Shown here piece after piece: positions 16,462 through 26,600 of a stretch of 64,000 bases of DNA (positions are counted from its first letter, which is position 1; each line of letters opens with the position of its first letter). This DNA is from an uncultured Bacteroides sp. Lineage in GTDB: Bacteria > Bacillota > Clostridia > Oscillospirales > Acutalibacteraceae. The stretch covers positions 4,766-68,765 of the forward strand of contig CAYNGP010000001.1 of NCBI GenBank assembly GCA_964396885.1, in the 5' to 3' direction. The position numbers and the translations under genes are program-made. The notes below the pieces were generated by a model. That model was not told the DNA's origin and did no database searches. It saw only the letters and a program-made list of their open reading frames with translations.

Positions 16462-19400
16462 TTACTGAATTGTAACAGCCGGTAAGTCCTTAGCACCTGC
16501 GCAAGAGTAAACAATACCTGCATCGGCTACTGTAACCTTACCGTCACCATTCAAGTCACAAACAGTACCAAGCTTGTTTGAATAAACCATACCTGCATCG
16601 GCTACTGTAATAACGGCATCTACCATGAAGTTACAAGCAATTACTGGGATTGCACCACCAACAACATCAGCGTCAGCAACTACAAGTGTAATATCGCTGC
16701 GTGTAAATGCATACTTAGATGAAATCTCCATAGTGTAAGTGCCTGAAGGAATATCCTCTAATGTGAATGTGTTGTCTTTATAAGTTAATGCAAATGTTTC
16801 TGTTGCGATAACATCATCGCCATCCTTGATTGTTACAGTGTAATCACCGTTAACACCCTTATTGTCTGTAGCGCCCTTAGCGTTCTTAGCAACAACAATT
16901 GAAGCACTTACATTAAAGCCAGCTGGCTTATCAGCCTCAACAACCGGAACGATTGTGAGATCATCCATACCTGACTTAAGCTGAACTGTGTATGGATTTC
17001 TGAATTCCTTCTGATCATTTACAAGCATATGCTGGTAAGTGTAACCATCAGCAGCAGTAACTTCGATGTCGATTGATGTACCAACCTCGTATGAAGCTGC
17101 GCCTGTAACAACTGCACCGTTAATTGTAACAATTGCACCAGGAACATCAGCAACAGTAACCTGAACTGACTCAAGTGGAGTGAGTGCAAGCTCTGCAATC
17201 TGAAGACGAGTATCAGCTGTATAAGCACTTGTTACACAAGCTGCATAGTCGTATGAAGGATCATAAATAGCGTTATTCTTAGCATATGAGCTATCGTTAC
17301 CGATAGTAGCAACATTTACTGCAGCAGCAAGCTTTTCAACATATACGTTCCAGCTTGCCTCTGACCATGTACCATCGTTAACGAGTTTGCCGTTAGCATC
17401 CCAAGCACCGAATCTTGGATCAGCAGCACCAGACTTCTTTGCTACAGAAGCAGCAGAAACAAGGTTGCCGTCTTCGTCGTATACAGCAGGAGTAGCGGAC
17501 ATTCTGTTCCAGGTGTTACCTGAAGCACAAAGGATTTCAGCCTCAAGCTGGTCACCTAAGTAACCACGCTCAACAACGTTATCCATATAGATATCGAATA
17601 ATCTCAAGTATTCAGATACCTGTGTTGATGACAGAGTAGATACAACCTCTACGCTGACAATCTCAGTATCACTGTTAGCAAGCTTAGCGTAGTCTGTGTA
17701 AGAAAGTGTTTCTTCAACAACCTCACCAGCATAGTTAACATAAGATACTTCTACCTGATATTTGCTCTCAATGTCCTTAACCATTGAAACCATTGAATTA
17801 TAAGTAACAATATCAAAGTTCTTTTCGTTAAGACCCTGTCTTACCTCTGAAACTTTTTCAAGGAGCTGTGCAGCAATGCCTTCCTTAAGATCCTTATGAA
17901 TTACTTCATTAATTGTGTAATCAAGTAAATCACTACACTGTGTATAGATACCACGTGTATCCTGTGAAGCAGTAGGAGTTACCAACTGGTTAGACATATC
18001 CGGAACCTTGATAACCCAGTTGCTTGTTGATGTTACCTTTCTACCAGCAGCATTGTAGTATGACCACTGAATCTGCTCGTAAACAGGCTTGCCATCGTCA
18101 GTAGCCTGAACACCAGTGCTGAGGTGACAAGGATACTCTGCGTAAATACCAGTCTTAACCCAGCTTGTTGCCATCTTAGGTGTGTTAGTAACCTTATATG
18201 TTACAACACCCTTATCGTCAGTAACAGGCTGAACAGGAATACCCATTGAATCAGCTCCGTTGCCTGATGTTAAGCGAGTTCTTGAGTAAACTGGCTGTGT
18301 ATGGTCAGCATTGAAATAATACTTACCATTGTCGAAGTAAAGCATAGCCTTAACTTCATTTGATAACTTGTTATAATCTGCTGTTGTCAGTGGTGTATAA
18401 GCATCATCACCTGTAGCAGATGTTGAATCAGCAGTTACAAAAGTAAACTCTGTAACGTCTGAAAGTTTAGCAGCTGTATCCGGTGTAATTGGAAGAGCTG
18501 TAGAAGCAAGGCTCTTAATAATAGAATCCTGAATGAATGCATATGTAGCATTACCATTATTGAAGTCTGCTTCTCTATAGTTAGCAATTGTGTCCTCAAC
18601 ACGCTCAATCTTGTCATTAACTGAAGCAGCGTTACTATCATCGCAAATGATAAAGTGAAGCTGAGCAGTTTGTGACTTTGTTCCATTGTAGAAGCAAACA
18701 TTTGCTGTTGTATCTGTGTATGGAACCTCTGTTACTCCATCATAATTTAAGAAATGGAAGTAGAGTGATGTATTTGCAGGAATTGTATACTTAGTAGGAT
18801 TGAAGTAGAAACCATCGATAGGACCACGAACTGAAATCTTACCAAGAAGAGTATCATAAGCAAATTCGCCTGAACCACTCTTCAGATAGATATTCTCGAA
18901 CTGACCAATCTCATTCTGATGGTAAGCAGCAAGAGCACTTGAAGCCTTAAGCTGTTCAAATGTATAAACAACATGTGTTCTTGTTGTTGCATATGTGATA
19001 TCTGTACCAGCCTTCTGAACTTCAGCAAGCTTAGCATCAACTTCATCAGAAGTTAAGCCAGTGTATGGCCATGTCTTACCTGAATCAAGTGAAATATCAT
19101 ATTTCTCAAGATTAAGGATTGCACCTGTTGCCTTATCAAATACAGGAACTGCATTTGTTGAACCAGGTGTGAAGGTTGAACCTGTAAGATCATCCTTGAT
19201 AGGATCAGTATCATAGTAGTAAATACCATCTACTGAACGAGCTGTACCGCTAAGACCCCATCTGATGTTTCTGATTCTTACACCAAGGTCATTAACTAAT
19301 GCAGCATTACTTGAAGAAAGTACGATTTCACCAGGATAACCAACTGAAAGTCTGTTCTGGCTTGTATTAGGTGAAGCAAACCAGTCAGTTGTATGAGAAG

Positions 19401-22400
19401 TATAGCCTTCAGAAGTATTAGTCTTGTTAACACTATCATTCTCATAAGCCGGATTCATATACCAACCTGTATAAGGTCTGTCGCTATCAGCATCATGCCA
19501 TACATTATATACAGTTTCACGCCATGATCTTGCAGCAGTTAAGTACTGATATGTTGAAGTTTTTAAGTCACTGTGGATAACAGTACCATTAGCTAAGCAA
19601 ATATCATAAATGAATGTAACTGTATAAGAAGATGCGTTATTGCTGTCAGCAGCAAATCTTGAAGATGTACCAACACTTACTGACTCACCCGGAGCAATAA
19701 GAGATGATGATACGTTTGTTGTAATACGTGAGTTGTTAGTATCTGAACCACTGATGCTAACGCTCTTAACCTTGAGGTAGTAACGTGACATCTGATCAAC
19801 ATTACCGGTTCTGCCGTTAATATAAGCACTATTAATACCGGTTGCATTATTTGTAATTGTTGCAGTTGAAGTGTAGTTACCACCATTTGTACAACCCTGA
19901 ATTACGCTATCAGCCATATCTGCTGTTGCTAACAGAAGGTTGTGGTCATCAATAAATGGAAGGAATCCGAAGAAGCTGTTAACTGCTGAAACTGCAAATG
20001 TTAAACCAGGAAGGATAGAATCCTTATAAGTGTTAACGTGATTATAACCATAGCCGGCGAACTCAATGAAGTTGTTGATTAACTTCTGAACTGCACCAAC
20101 ATTATTTTTGCCTGTACCAGCAAGTGTAGTCTTCTGAACTAAATCATCAAATGGAGTTGATGAACTTCTTGCTGGAACTGGTACCCACTGCTGGCCATCA
20201 TAACGAGGACCAAAGAGAGCATTAATAGTATCAGCAAGGAAATCATATACGGTATCAATCAAACGATCCTTCTGAATTGGATCAGCAGAGATAAATGTAA
20301 GTAATCTGTAAATGAAGTTAGATACACCATACATATTTGTACCGCTGTGCTTTTCACCAATTTCAAGAATTCCGTTAACGATGTCACCCATAATGAGCGC
20401 TTCTGAATCGAAATTGCCTTTGCCGTTACCCTGTAACTGACCAAGGAGTGGAAGAAGCTTGTTAGCAATTATGTCAAGGTTAGTCCAAAGATCATTTGAT
20501 CTCTTAATGGTGCTGTTTGCATTAGTATCGCAAAGACCGAAGAGAGGACCGGCAGCAAGTGCCTTTTCACCCTGTCTGTTTGCAAGTTTGAAGCTGTAGT
20601 TGTCTGCATAGTAGCATACAACTGAGTTGAAGAGGTCGAATACATCTGTTGTAGCATCAACAGTTGTGCCTTCCTCAACCTTGTAAGCCTTACCGTCCTT
20701 TGTTGTTACAGGAACGTATGGCTCAATAACATAGATGATAGCATCACGAGCCATTGGAAGGATTGTGCCTTCTAATGTAGCTACGATTTTACCATTAGCA
20801 TCATATGAAATAAGTGCACTGTAATCCTTATTAGGCATTACATATGATAAGTATTCTGTAAGAGCTAAGTAAGCAACACCCTCAGCATCCTTACAAGCAT
20901 CCCAATCTTCTGTATGAATAATCTGGTTAAGCTTGCCATCGCTGTTAAGCTGAACCTGACCAACACAAGCAATAAGAAGCGGAATCATTGCTTCTTCAAG
21001 GTTAGACTCAGAAAGAGTACCACCTGTGAAGCCGCCTAAGATGTTCTGATCTGTTGTATCTGCAACATACTGAACCATTAACAATGCGTTATCAACAAGA
21101 GTTTTAGCAATTGCTGCAACTGATGATGCATTAATTGTAGGAATGTTGTATGTTTTCTGCATTTCAGGTCTGTCTGTATCACCCTTCTCGTTAACATAAA
21201 TGTTATCACGATTTGGGAATAAATCTGCAACAGCAGCTACAAGACAGTCATTGAAGCCAGCTACCATTGAGCTGTAGCCTGCGTACTCAGTGCCAAAGAA
21301 TGCATCAAGAGCAGGAGTACCTGTCTGCATAAAGTAAAGGTTGATAGGACCTGTCTGCATATCAAATGCATAGTCAGCAAGTGGACTATATCTTAACTTA
21401 TTGAATAAGGTAGTAGCATCGATATCCTGCCAGTTGCCCTTTGCATCCTCAGCTATAGTACGGTCAAACTCGTAATTGTGCTTAACCCAACCAAGGAATT
21501 CAGCAGCATCAGCAGCACCATATGCTTCATATGTATCAGCAGCCCATGCATTAACCTTATCCATTGTGTAGTTGCTTGCGATATCAGTCTTATTCCAACC
21601 GCCCTGCTCATTCATCCAATAGAAGTACTCGTTATCAAAGTTTGAACCGTGACCACGATCTACGTTATTGTTAACATGAAGCAGTTTGATTGTGTCTTTA
21701 AGAGCTGTTTTCCAAGCGAAATCAAGTGCCTTATAACCAAAATTGAAAAGGCTGTCACTTGATTCAAGTCTTAACAACTGAGTATCCTTAGTTGGAAGAC
21801 CCTTTTCGTCAGGAGCACCGTAAGCGAATAATAGTATGTTTTGATAAAGACCATCGCTGGTTTCAAATTCATCTGTATAAATAAGGTTAGGGTCATAGCC
21901 GAGCTGTACAGCAGCCTGTGCATAAGTCTTACCGGTTGAATCCATAACAGCTTTGATTTCTTCATAACGTGATGAAGATGAATCATGCTGTCTTTCATCA
22001 TAAGTAATCTGAGCACTGATTCTGTCGAGAAGCTCTACTGTCATCTTGTCAAGAAGAACTTCATCATACTTGAATTCTTTAGTACCATTCTTATATGCAG
22101 CAATCTCTTCAGCTGTAAACCACTCGGTATAGTTAAAGAGCATTGACTGTGCAACATTATAAACAGGGTTTGCTTTAACCTCATCAGCAGTAAGTCCAAC
22201 CATATTACCTAAAAGGTCATATACATTGAACGCACCGTCAACTACACCCAGTGAGAACTCACCTCTGAGAATTCTACCAAAAAGGGTATCGTTGTTATCG
22301 TAGATCATTCCAAGAACGCCTCTAACGATGTCACAAGAAGAAGTATTGCTTCTTCTCATATTTGGAAATTCTTTACTTCCGTTTGTTTGCTTGCCACCAA

Positions 22401-22896
22401 CAGCAGAAAGGTCAAGATCAAAAACAGCACCAAGATCAATACCTAAGTTCTGAGCTGTATTCATCAAGCCGCCGCTAAGTACGCCCTGAACACTGTTGAT
22501 TGTTTCAAGCAATTCATCGACGCTGCCAAGTTTAAGTGTGACTGTAGCAAGAGTAATACCAAGAGCCTTAACAGTAATCTGTCTTTTATCCATACTATGG
22601 CTGATTTTAAGAACAGAAACGCTCATACCATCAAGCATATTATGAATGGTACCTTCCATCTCCTTTAACATAGGCAGCATGCTGTCTGCGTAATCAAGGA
22701 TTGCGGTAGCCAATTGCTCATCTGACAATACATTCCATGCTAATGTGTTGTACTCTACATCGCCGTCAACATATTTTGTTTGATTTGAGTTTGCGGCAAA
22801 TGCAGTAAGAGCACCGGAGAAGCATGTCAAAAGCATAACAATCGCCATAAACAAAGCAAGCAGTTTGTGAGAAAACTTTTTGACTTTATTTTGCAT
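16462..22896 (-). CDS. Giant secreted protein (2144 aa) with C-terminal X-module/dockerin-like dyad; function unknown
   Basis: ATG at 22896 with AGGAGG; signal peptide ending LTAFA; helical N-half and beta-rich middle. C-terminus CNFMVDAVITVADA...CDLNGDGKVTVADAGIVYSC. Confidence 0.8.
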   Translation of the reverse strand: MQNKVKKFSHKLLALFMAIVMLLTCFSGALTAFAANSNQTKYVDGDVEYNTLAWNVLSDEQLATAILDYADSMLPMLKEMEGTIHNMLDGMSVSVLKISHSMDKRQITVKALGITLATVTLKLGSVDELLETINSVQGVLSGGLMNTAQNLGIDLGAVFDLDLSAVGGKQTNGSKEFPNMRRSNTSSCDIVRGVLGMIYDNNDTLFGRILRGEFSLGVVDGAFNVYDLLGNMVGLTADEVKANPVYNVAQSMLFNYTEWFTAEEIAAYKNGTKEFKYDEVLLDKMTVELLDRISAQITYDERQHDSSSSRYEEIKAVMDSTGKTYAQAAVQLGYDPNLIYTDEFETSDGLYQNILLFAYGAPDEKGLPTKDTQLLRLESSDSLFNFGYKALDFAWKTALKDTIKLLHVNNNVDRGHGSNFDNEYFYWMNEQGGWNKTDIASNYTMDKVNAWAADTYEAYGAADAAEFLGWVKHNYEFDRTIAEDAKGNWQDIDATTLFNKLRYSPLADYAFDMQTGPINLYFMQTGTPALDAFFGTEYAGYSSMVAGFNDCLVAAVADLFPNRDNIYVNEKGDTDRPEMQKTYNIPTINASSVAAIAKTLVDNALLMVQYVADTTDQNILGGFTGGTLSESNLEEAMIPLLIACVGQVQLNSDGKLNQIIHTEDWDACKDAEGVAYLALTEYLSYVMPNKDYSALISYDANGKIVATLEGTILPMARDAIIYVIEPYVPVTTKDGKAYKVEEGTTVDATTDVFDLFNSVVCYYADNYSFKLANRQGEKALAAGPLFGLCDTNANSTIKRSNDLWTNLDIIANKLLPLLGQLQGNGKGNFDSEALIMGDIVNGILEIGEKHSGTNMYGVSNFIYRLLTFISADPIQKDRLIDTVYDFLADTINALFGPRYDGQQWVPVPARSSSTPFDDLVQKTTLAGTGKNNVGAVQKLINNFIEFAGYGYNHVNTYKDSILPGLTFAVSAVNSFFGFLPFIDDHNLLLATADMADSVIQGCTNGGNYTSTATITNNATGINSAYINGRTGNVDQMSRYYLKVKSVSISGSDTNNSRITTNVSSSLIAPGESVSVGTSSRFAADSNNASSYTVTFIYDICLANGTVIHSDLKTSTYQYLTAARSWRETVYNVWHDADSDRPYTGWYMNPAYENDSVNKTNTSEGYTSHTTDWFASPNTSQNRLSVGYPGEIVLSSSNAALVNDLGVRIRNIRWGLSGTARSVDGIYYYDTDPIKDDLTGSTFTPGSTNAVPVFDKATGAILNLEKYDISLDSGKTWPYTGLTSDEVDAKLAEVQKAGTDITYATTRTHVVYTFEQLKASSALAAYHQNEIGQFENIYLKSGSGEFAYDTLLGKISVRGPIDGFYFNPTKYTIPANTSLYFHFLNYDGVTEVPYTDTTANVCFYNGTKSQTAQLHFIICDDSNAASVNDKIERVEDTIANYREADFNNGNATYAFIQDSIIKSLASTALPITPDTAAKLSDVTEFTFVTADSTSATGDDAYTPLTTADYNKLSNEVKAMLYFDNGKYYFNADHTQPVYSRTRLTSGNGADSMGIPVQPVTDDKGVVTYKVTNTPKMATSWVKTGIYAEYPCHLSTGVQATDDGKPVYEQIQWSYYNAAGRKVTSTSNWVIKVPDMSNQLVTPTASQDTRGIYTQCSDLLDYTINEVIHKDLKEGIAAQLLEKVSEVRQGLNEKNFDIVTYNSMVSMVKDIESKYQVEVSYVNYAGEVVEETLSYTDYAKLANSDTEIVSVEVVSTLSSTQVSEYLRLFDIYMDNVVERGYLGDQLEAEILCASGNTWNRMSATPAVYDEDGNLVSAASVAKKSGAADPRFGAWDANGKLVNDGTWSEASWNVYVEKLAAAVNVATIGNDSSYAKNNAIYDPSYDYAACVTSAYTADTRLQIAELALTPLESVQVTVADVPGAIVTINGAVVTGAASYEVGTSIDIEVTAADGYTYQHMLVNDQKEFRNPYTVQLKSGMDDLTIVPVVEADKPAGFNVSASIVVAKNAKGATDNKGVNGDYTVTIKDGDDVIATETFALTYKDNTFTLEDIPSGTYTMEISSKYAFTRSDITLVVADADVVGGAIPVIACNFMVDAVITVADAGMVYSNKLGTVCDLNGDGKVTVADAGIVYSCAGAKDLPAVTIQ

Positions 22897-23068
22897 TAAA
22901 TAATTACCTCCTAATAGTTTTCTGAATGCGGCATCCATTTTTACACACAGACTTTCACAAACATTAACAATCTCTGACCACCGGACAATCCGAATTAGAC
23001 TGCGATTATTAATTAATCAAAACATTTGTAACGAGCCTGAGGTCGCTAAGACGCCTTCATCACACGTT

Positions 23069-23098
23069 AATTATCACATAAATGGTTGAGAAAGTCAA
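23069..23098 (-). promoter_or_regulatory. Putative sigmaA promoter for the dockerin/cohesin cluster
   Basis: Minus strand TTGACT-17 bp-GATAAT with TG extension; implies a 5' UTR of about 165 nt. Confidence 0.5.
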
Positions 23099-23461
23099 TA
23101 ATATGCATAATTAAAGTGCAAATTCGTTATTTTGTCCAAAAACGCAGCCCTTTTTTTGGTCAACCATTCAAAAAATTAATAATAATTTTACAAATTGTTA
23201 TAATATTGTTAACATTTGTTGCGATATCTTTGCAGATTTTTTGTCTGACAAGTTGATTTGCTTTACAGCGCCTTGGGTTTCTGTAAAGTAGTTGCGCATT
23301 ACAGAATTTGAAGAAACAATTCACATTTTTGGCAAAAAATTATCGCATTTTTTACGACGTTTTTATGGTGAAAATGATGAAAAAATAGTAGACCAAAAAA
23401 ACTTATAAAATGTCGAAATATAAACTTTGTTAACAATTTGTTCAAAAATTTTAAAAAAGTG

Positions 23462-23490
23462 TTGACTTGCGCTTTATAATTTGGTATAAA
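23462..23490 (+). promoter_or_regulatory. Putative sigmaA promoter for the 2652-aa gene
   Basis: TTGACT-17 bp-TATAAA with TG extension. Confidence 0.45.
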
Positions 23491-23645
23491 TATATTGTAT
23501 TTGATTTTACACGCGTGTATAGTTATGTCCAAAAACGCACAATTTGTTACTAAATTGTGAACAACATTTTTCGGCAAACCACAATATACAGTGTATGATT
23601 TCAAATAACAAGTTCGTTGAATACTATGTAAAGGAGAGAAGAGTT

Positions 23646-26600
23646 ATGAAAACGAGCAAAAAAATACTCAGCTTTTTCTTAGCTGTAGTAATGGTTGTTA
23701 CCACTTGCTCTGTTGGCTTCACAGCTTTTGCTGCTGAAAAGAAGAACAACAGCATCTGGTCGACCAAGTGCGGTGCTAACGAAGCATTCGACACTTTAAA
23801 CGATTTGGCTGACGAATTGCTGCCCGAATTGTTAATCAATAACATCGGACTCGTCGGCGATGGCGTATTCCAAAAGTACGCCCCGGACTATGGTAAGACT
23901 TATGACAAGCTTACCGACAAGGAAAAGGCAGAAATCGTGGACAAAGCCACACTTACTGACGTTCTGCAGGCATTGCAGCCAACTTTGATTGGCGCACTTG
24001 CTAAAGAAAGCCAGTCAGATTATGCCAAGCGAGTAGGTGGCGGTCATCCAAAGGATGCAAGCTACTATGACTATCTGAAACGTGATGGAGCTCTCGACTT
24101 CTACACACTCTATGCACTGTGTGATGATAACAGAGCCAATCGTGATCTCAGTGAGTCAACACGACAGACATTGACAAAGTGGTATGACATTCTCACACCA
24201 ATCGCTAACATTCAGCTTGTTGACAATACTGAAGAATTAGTAAAAAGACTTCACGATGTCTTTGAAAATCCATTTGAAGAGGCAGGATATTCATCCTCTA
24301 ACCTCTATGCACTTAAAACCTTCTATTCAGAAGATTTTATGAACCAAAACACTACTGCAGAAGAGCGTGCAGCTTTAGAAGCACTGTACGCAGAAAAGAA
24401 TGCAGAGCTTGAAATTTATGGTGTTAATTACAAAATCACTGATTTCGCAGAATTAACATACTACTGCGATGGTATGGGCAAAGACACCAAATATGTTCAG
24501 AATTACATGAATTTGATTACATCTACCGGAAAAGAAATCAAGTATGACAGCAATCAGGATTTACTTGGTATGTTTGGCGGTGAGGATCTTGCTGAAAATG
24601 TTGTAATTCCTGATGCTCTTACCGTTGATAACTATGCTGATAAGATTATCTCATACTATTTTGCTGCGGCACTCGGTTTTGAGAATCCTGATGAGGTAAC
24701 AGCAAAGGTAGTTGCTGACATGTTTGCAATCGATGATGAAGGAAATGTTGATCCGATAACATCAGCATATTTCGAAAACACATTGTATTTAATGGTAGAT
24801 ACAGCAATGTTAGAGAAAATCCTTACTGTCGATTATGAACAGGACATTATAAATGGTCTTGCTATCAAATACAGTGATCAGGTTAACAGCATGGCTGACT
24901 TAACAAAAATGGTTGAGTCAAGAATGCCTGAGGATTACTTAGACAGCACAAAGGTTTTTGAAGACAGCGTAATAAAGAACATAGCTTCTATTATTGTAAC
25001 CTGTAACGATAATAACAAATCAGCTGACTTATTTGTTAACGGCACCATCAACACTGTAGATATTCTTGACTCTATGATTAGTTACAGTTTACCTGACAGT
25101 CTTCAGAACTCATATATTGAAGAATACTTTGGTTTAGTGCTTAGCACTGCTTTCACACAGAATGATGTTAATGGTGTTGCGTATAAAAACAATCTGAAGG
25201 ATGCTTTTTATACCGGTTTCTCAAAAACTAATTTCAACACAATTGCAATGAAGGATGGCAGTTACAGCAACCCTAATACCATTACCAGCCAAAACCTCAA
25301 AGATCAGGTTTTAAGATATGATTCAGGTCTTGCTGCACTTAACTATGCAGAAGCTGCTAATGATTATGACACACTTAACACATATTTAGAGGATGCACTT
25401 ACATATGCATACACTCAGACAGTTGCTGACTTACTCGGAATCACATCATTTGATAAAGATACTTCAAAGGACTTAAACCTTAACATCAATTATAAAGCAT
25501 TTATTGATTCACACCTTCCTGAAAAGGAAGTAGCTAAGGTTGAGCTTACCGCTGAACAGAAAGCTATCCTCAATGGTGACTATAACTTAGTTAACGATAT
25601 GGGTACAGAAATTGTTAACTATATCCTTAATGACACTGTAATGGGTATCTTTGATGATCCAACAGTAGGCGGTATTATCAACGATTTAATCGCAGGTCTT
25701 GTTGATTCAGATGTTGACGTAGTTGCAGTTATCGACGGCATTTGGGCAAAGCTTTGTAAAGACCCAATCGATACAATCGTTGGACTTTTACCTCTTGTAT
25801 CAGTTTTCCTTGATGAAATGATTCTTCCTCTTATATTCAACGAGGAAGGCGACCAGGGTTATAACACCATTTACGGTATTCTTGATATGGAAATTATCGG
25901 TGCTTTCACCGGTGGTGCATTCTTCTTGAGAAATATGTCACAGGAAAATGGTTCTCACATCGGTATAGCACAGGTTGGCTGGGATCTTAACACCCTCCTT
26001 CCTCAGTTAACCGATTGGCTTCTTGCTTCAAAAGCAAATCAGAAAGCTAAGAAGGTTAAGGGCATTTCTTACTATGATGGAAATACAGTAGAACTTCGCA
26101 ATGTTGTAATGGATGAAAACGGCGAAGTAGTTGAGGAAAATGGTCAAATTCTTTGCGAACCTGTTCAATATACCAAAGCCAATTTCTCATCTATTGACTT
26201 TAGCAACTACACTGCAAAAGATGTAAATGGCAATGTTATTAAGGTTGTTGAGAACGGTTATTCATATAAAGGTAATACATATAAGAATGCTGACGAACTG
26301 TTTGCAGCAAACGAAGATGCAGTATTCACATGCTTTATGACATATGAAGCAAGCGTTCCAAAGCTTACAAACATTTATTTTGTTGATAAAATGCTCGGCG
26401 GTGCCTGCATTGCTGACTTAGGCAAAGATAACCCAATGGTTGGAGAGCTTGTAACAGAAATTGCTACCCTGTTCAATGTAGCAGTTAAAGAGTTTGTTAA
26501 TACTCCTGCTCTCAGAAATGAAACAAGATATCATAACGACGGCAGAGTTGCTTTCTCAGGTTTAAACAACATTATGGTAGCAATTCCTCGTCTGTTCGAT

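Noticed and set aside
23299-23645. 101-aa minus ORF and the 34-codon upstream extension of the giant ORF
   Set aside because: AT-rich promoter DNA; the RBS and signal peptide place the real start at 23646.
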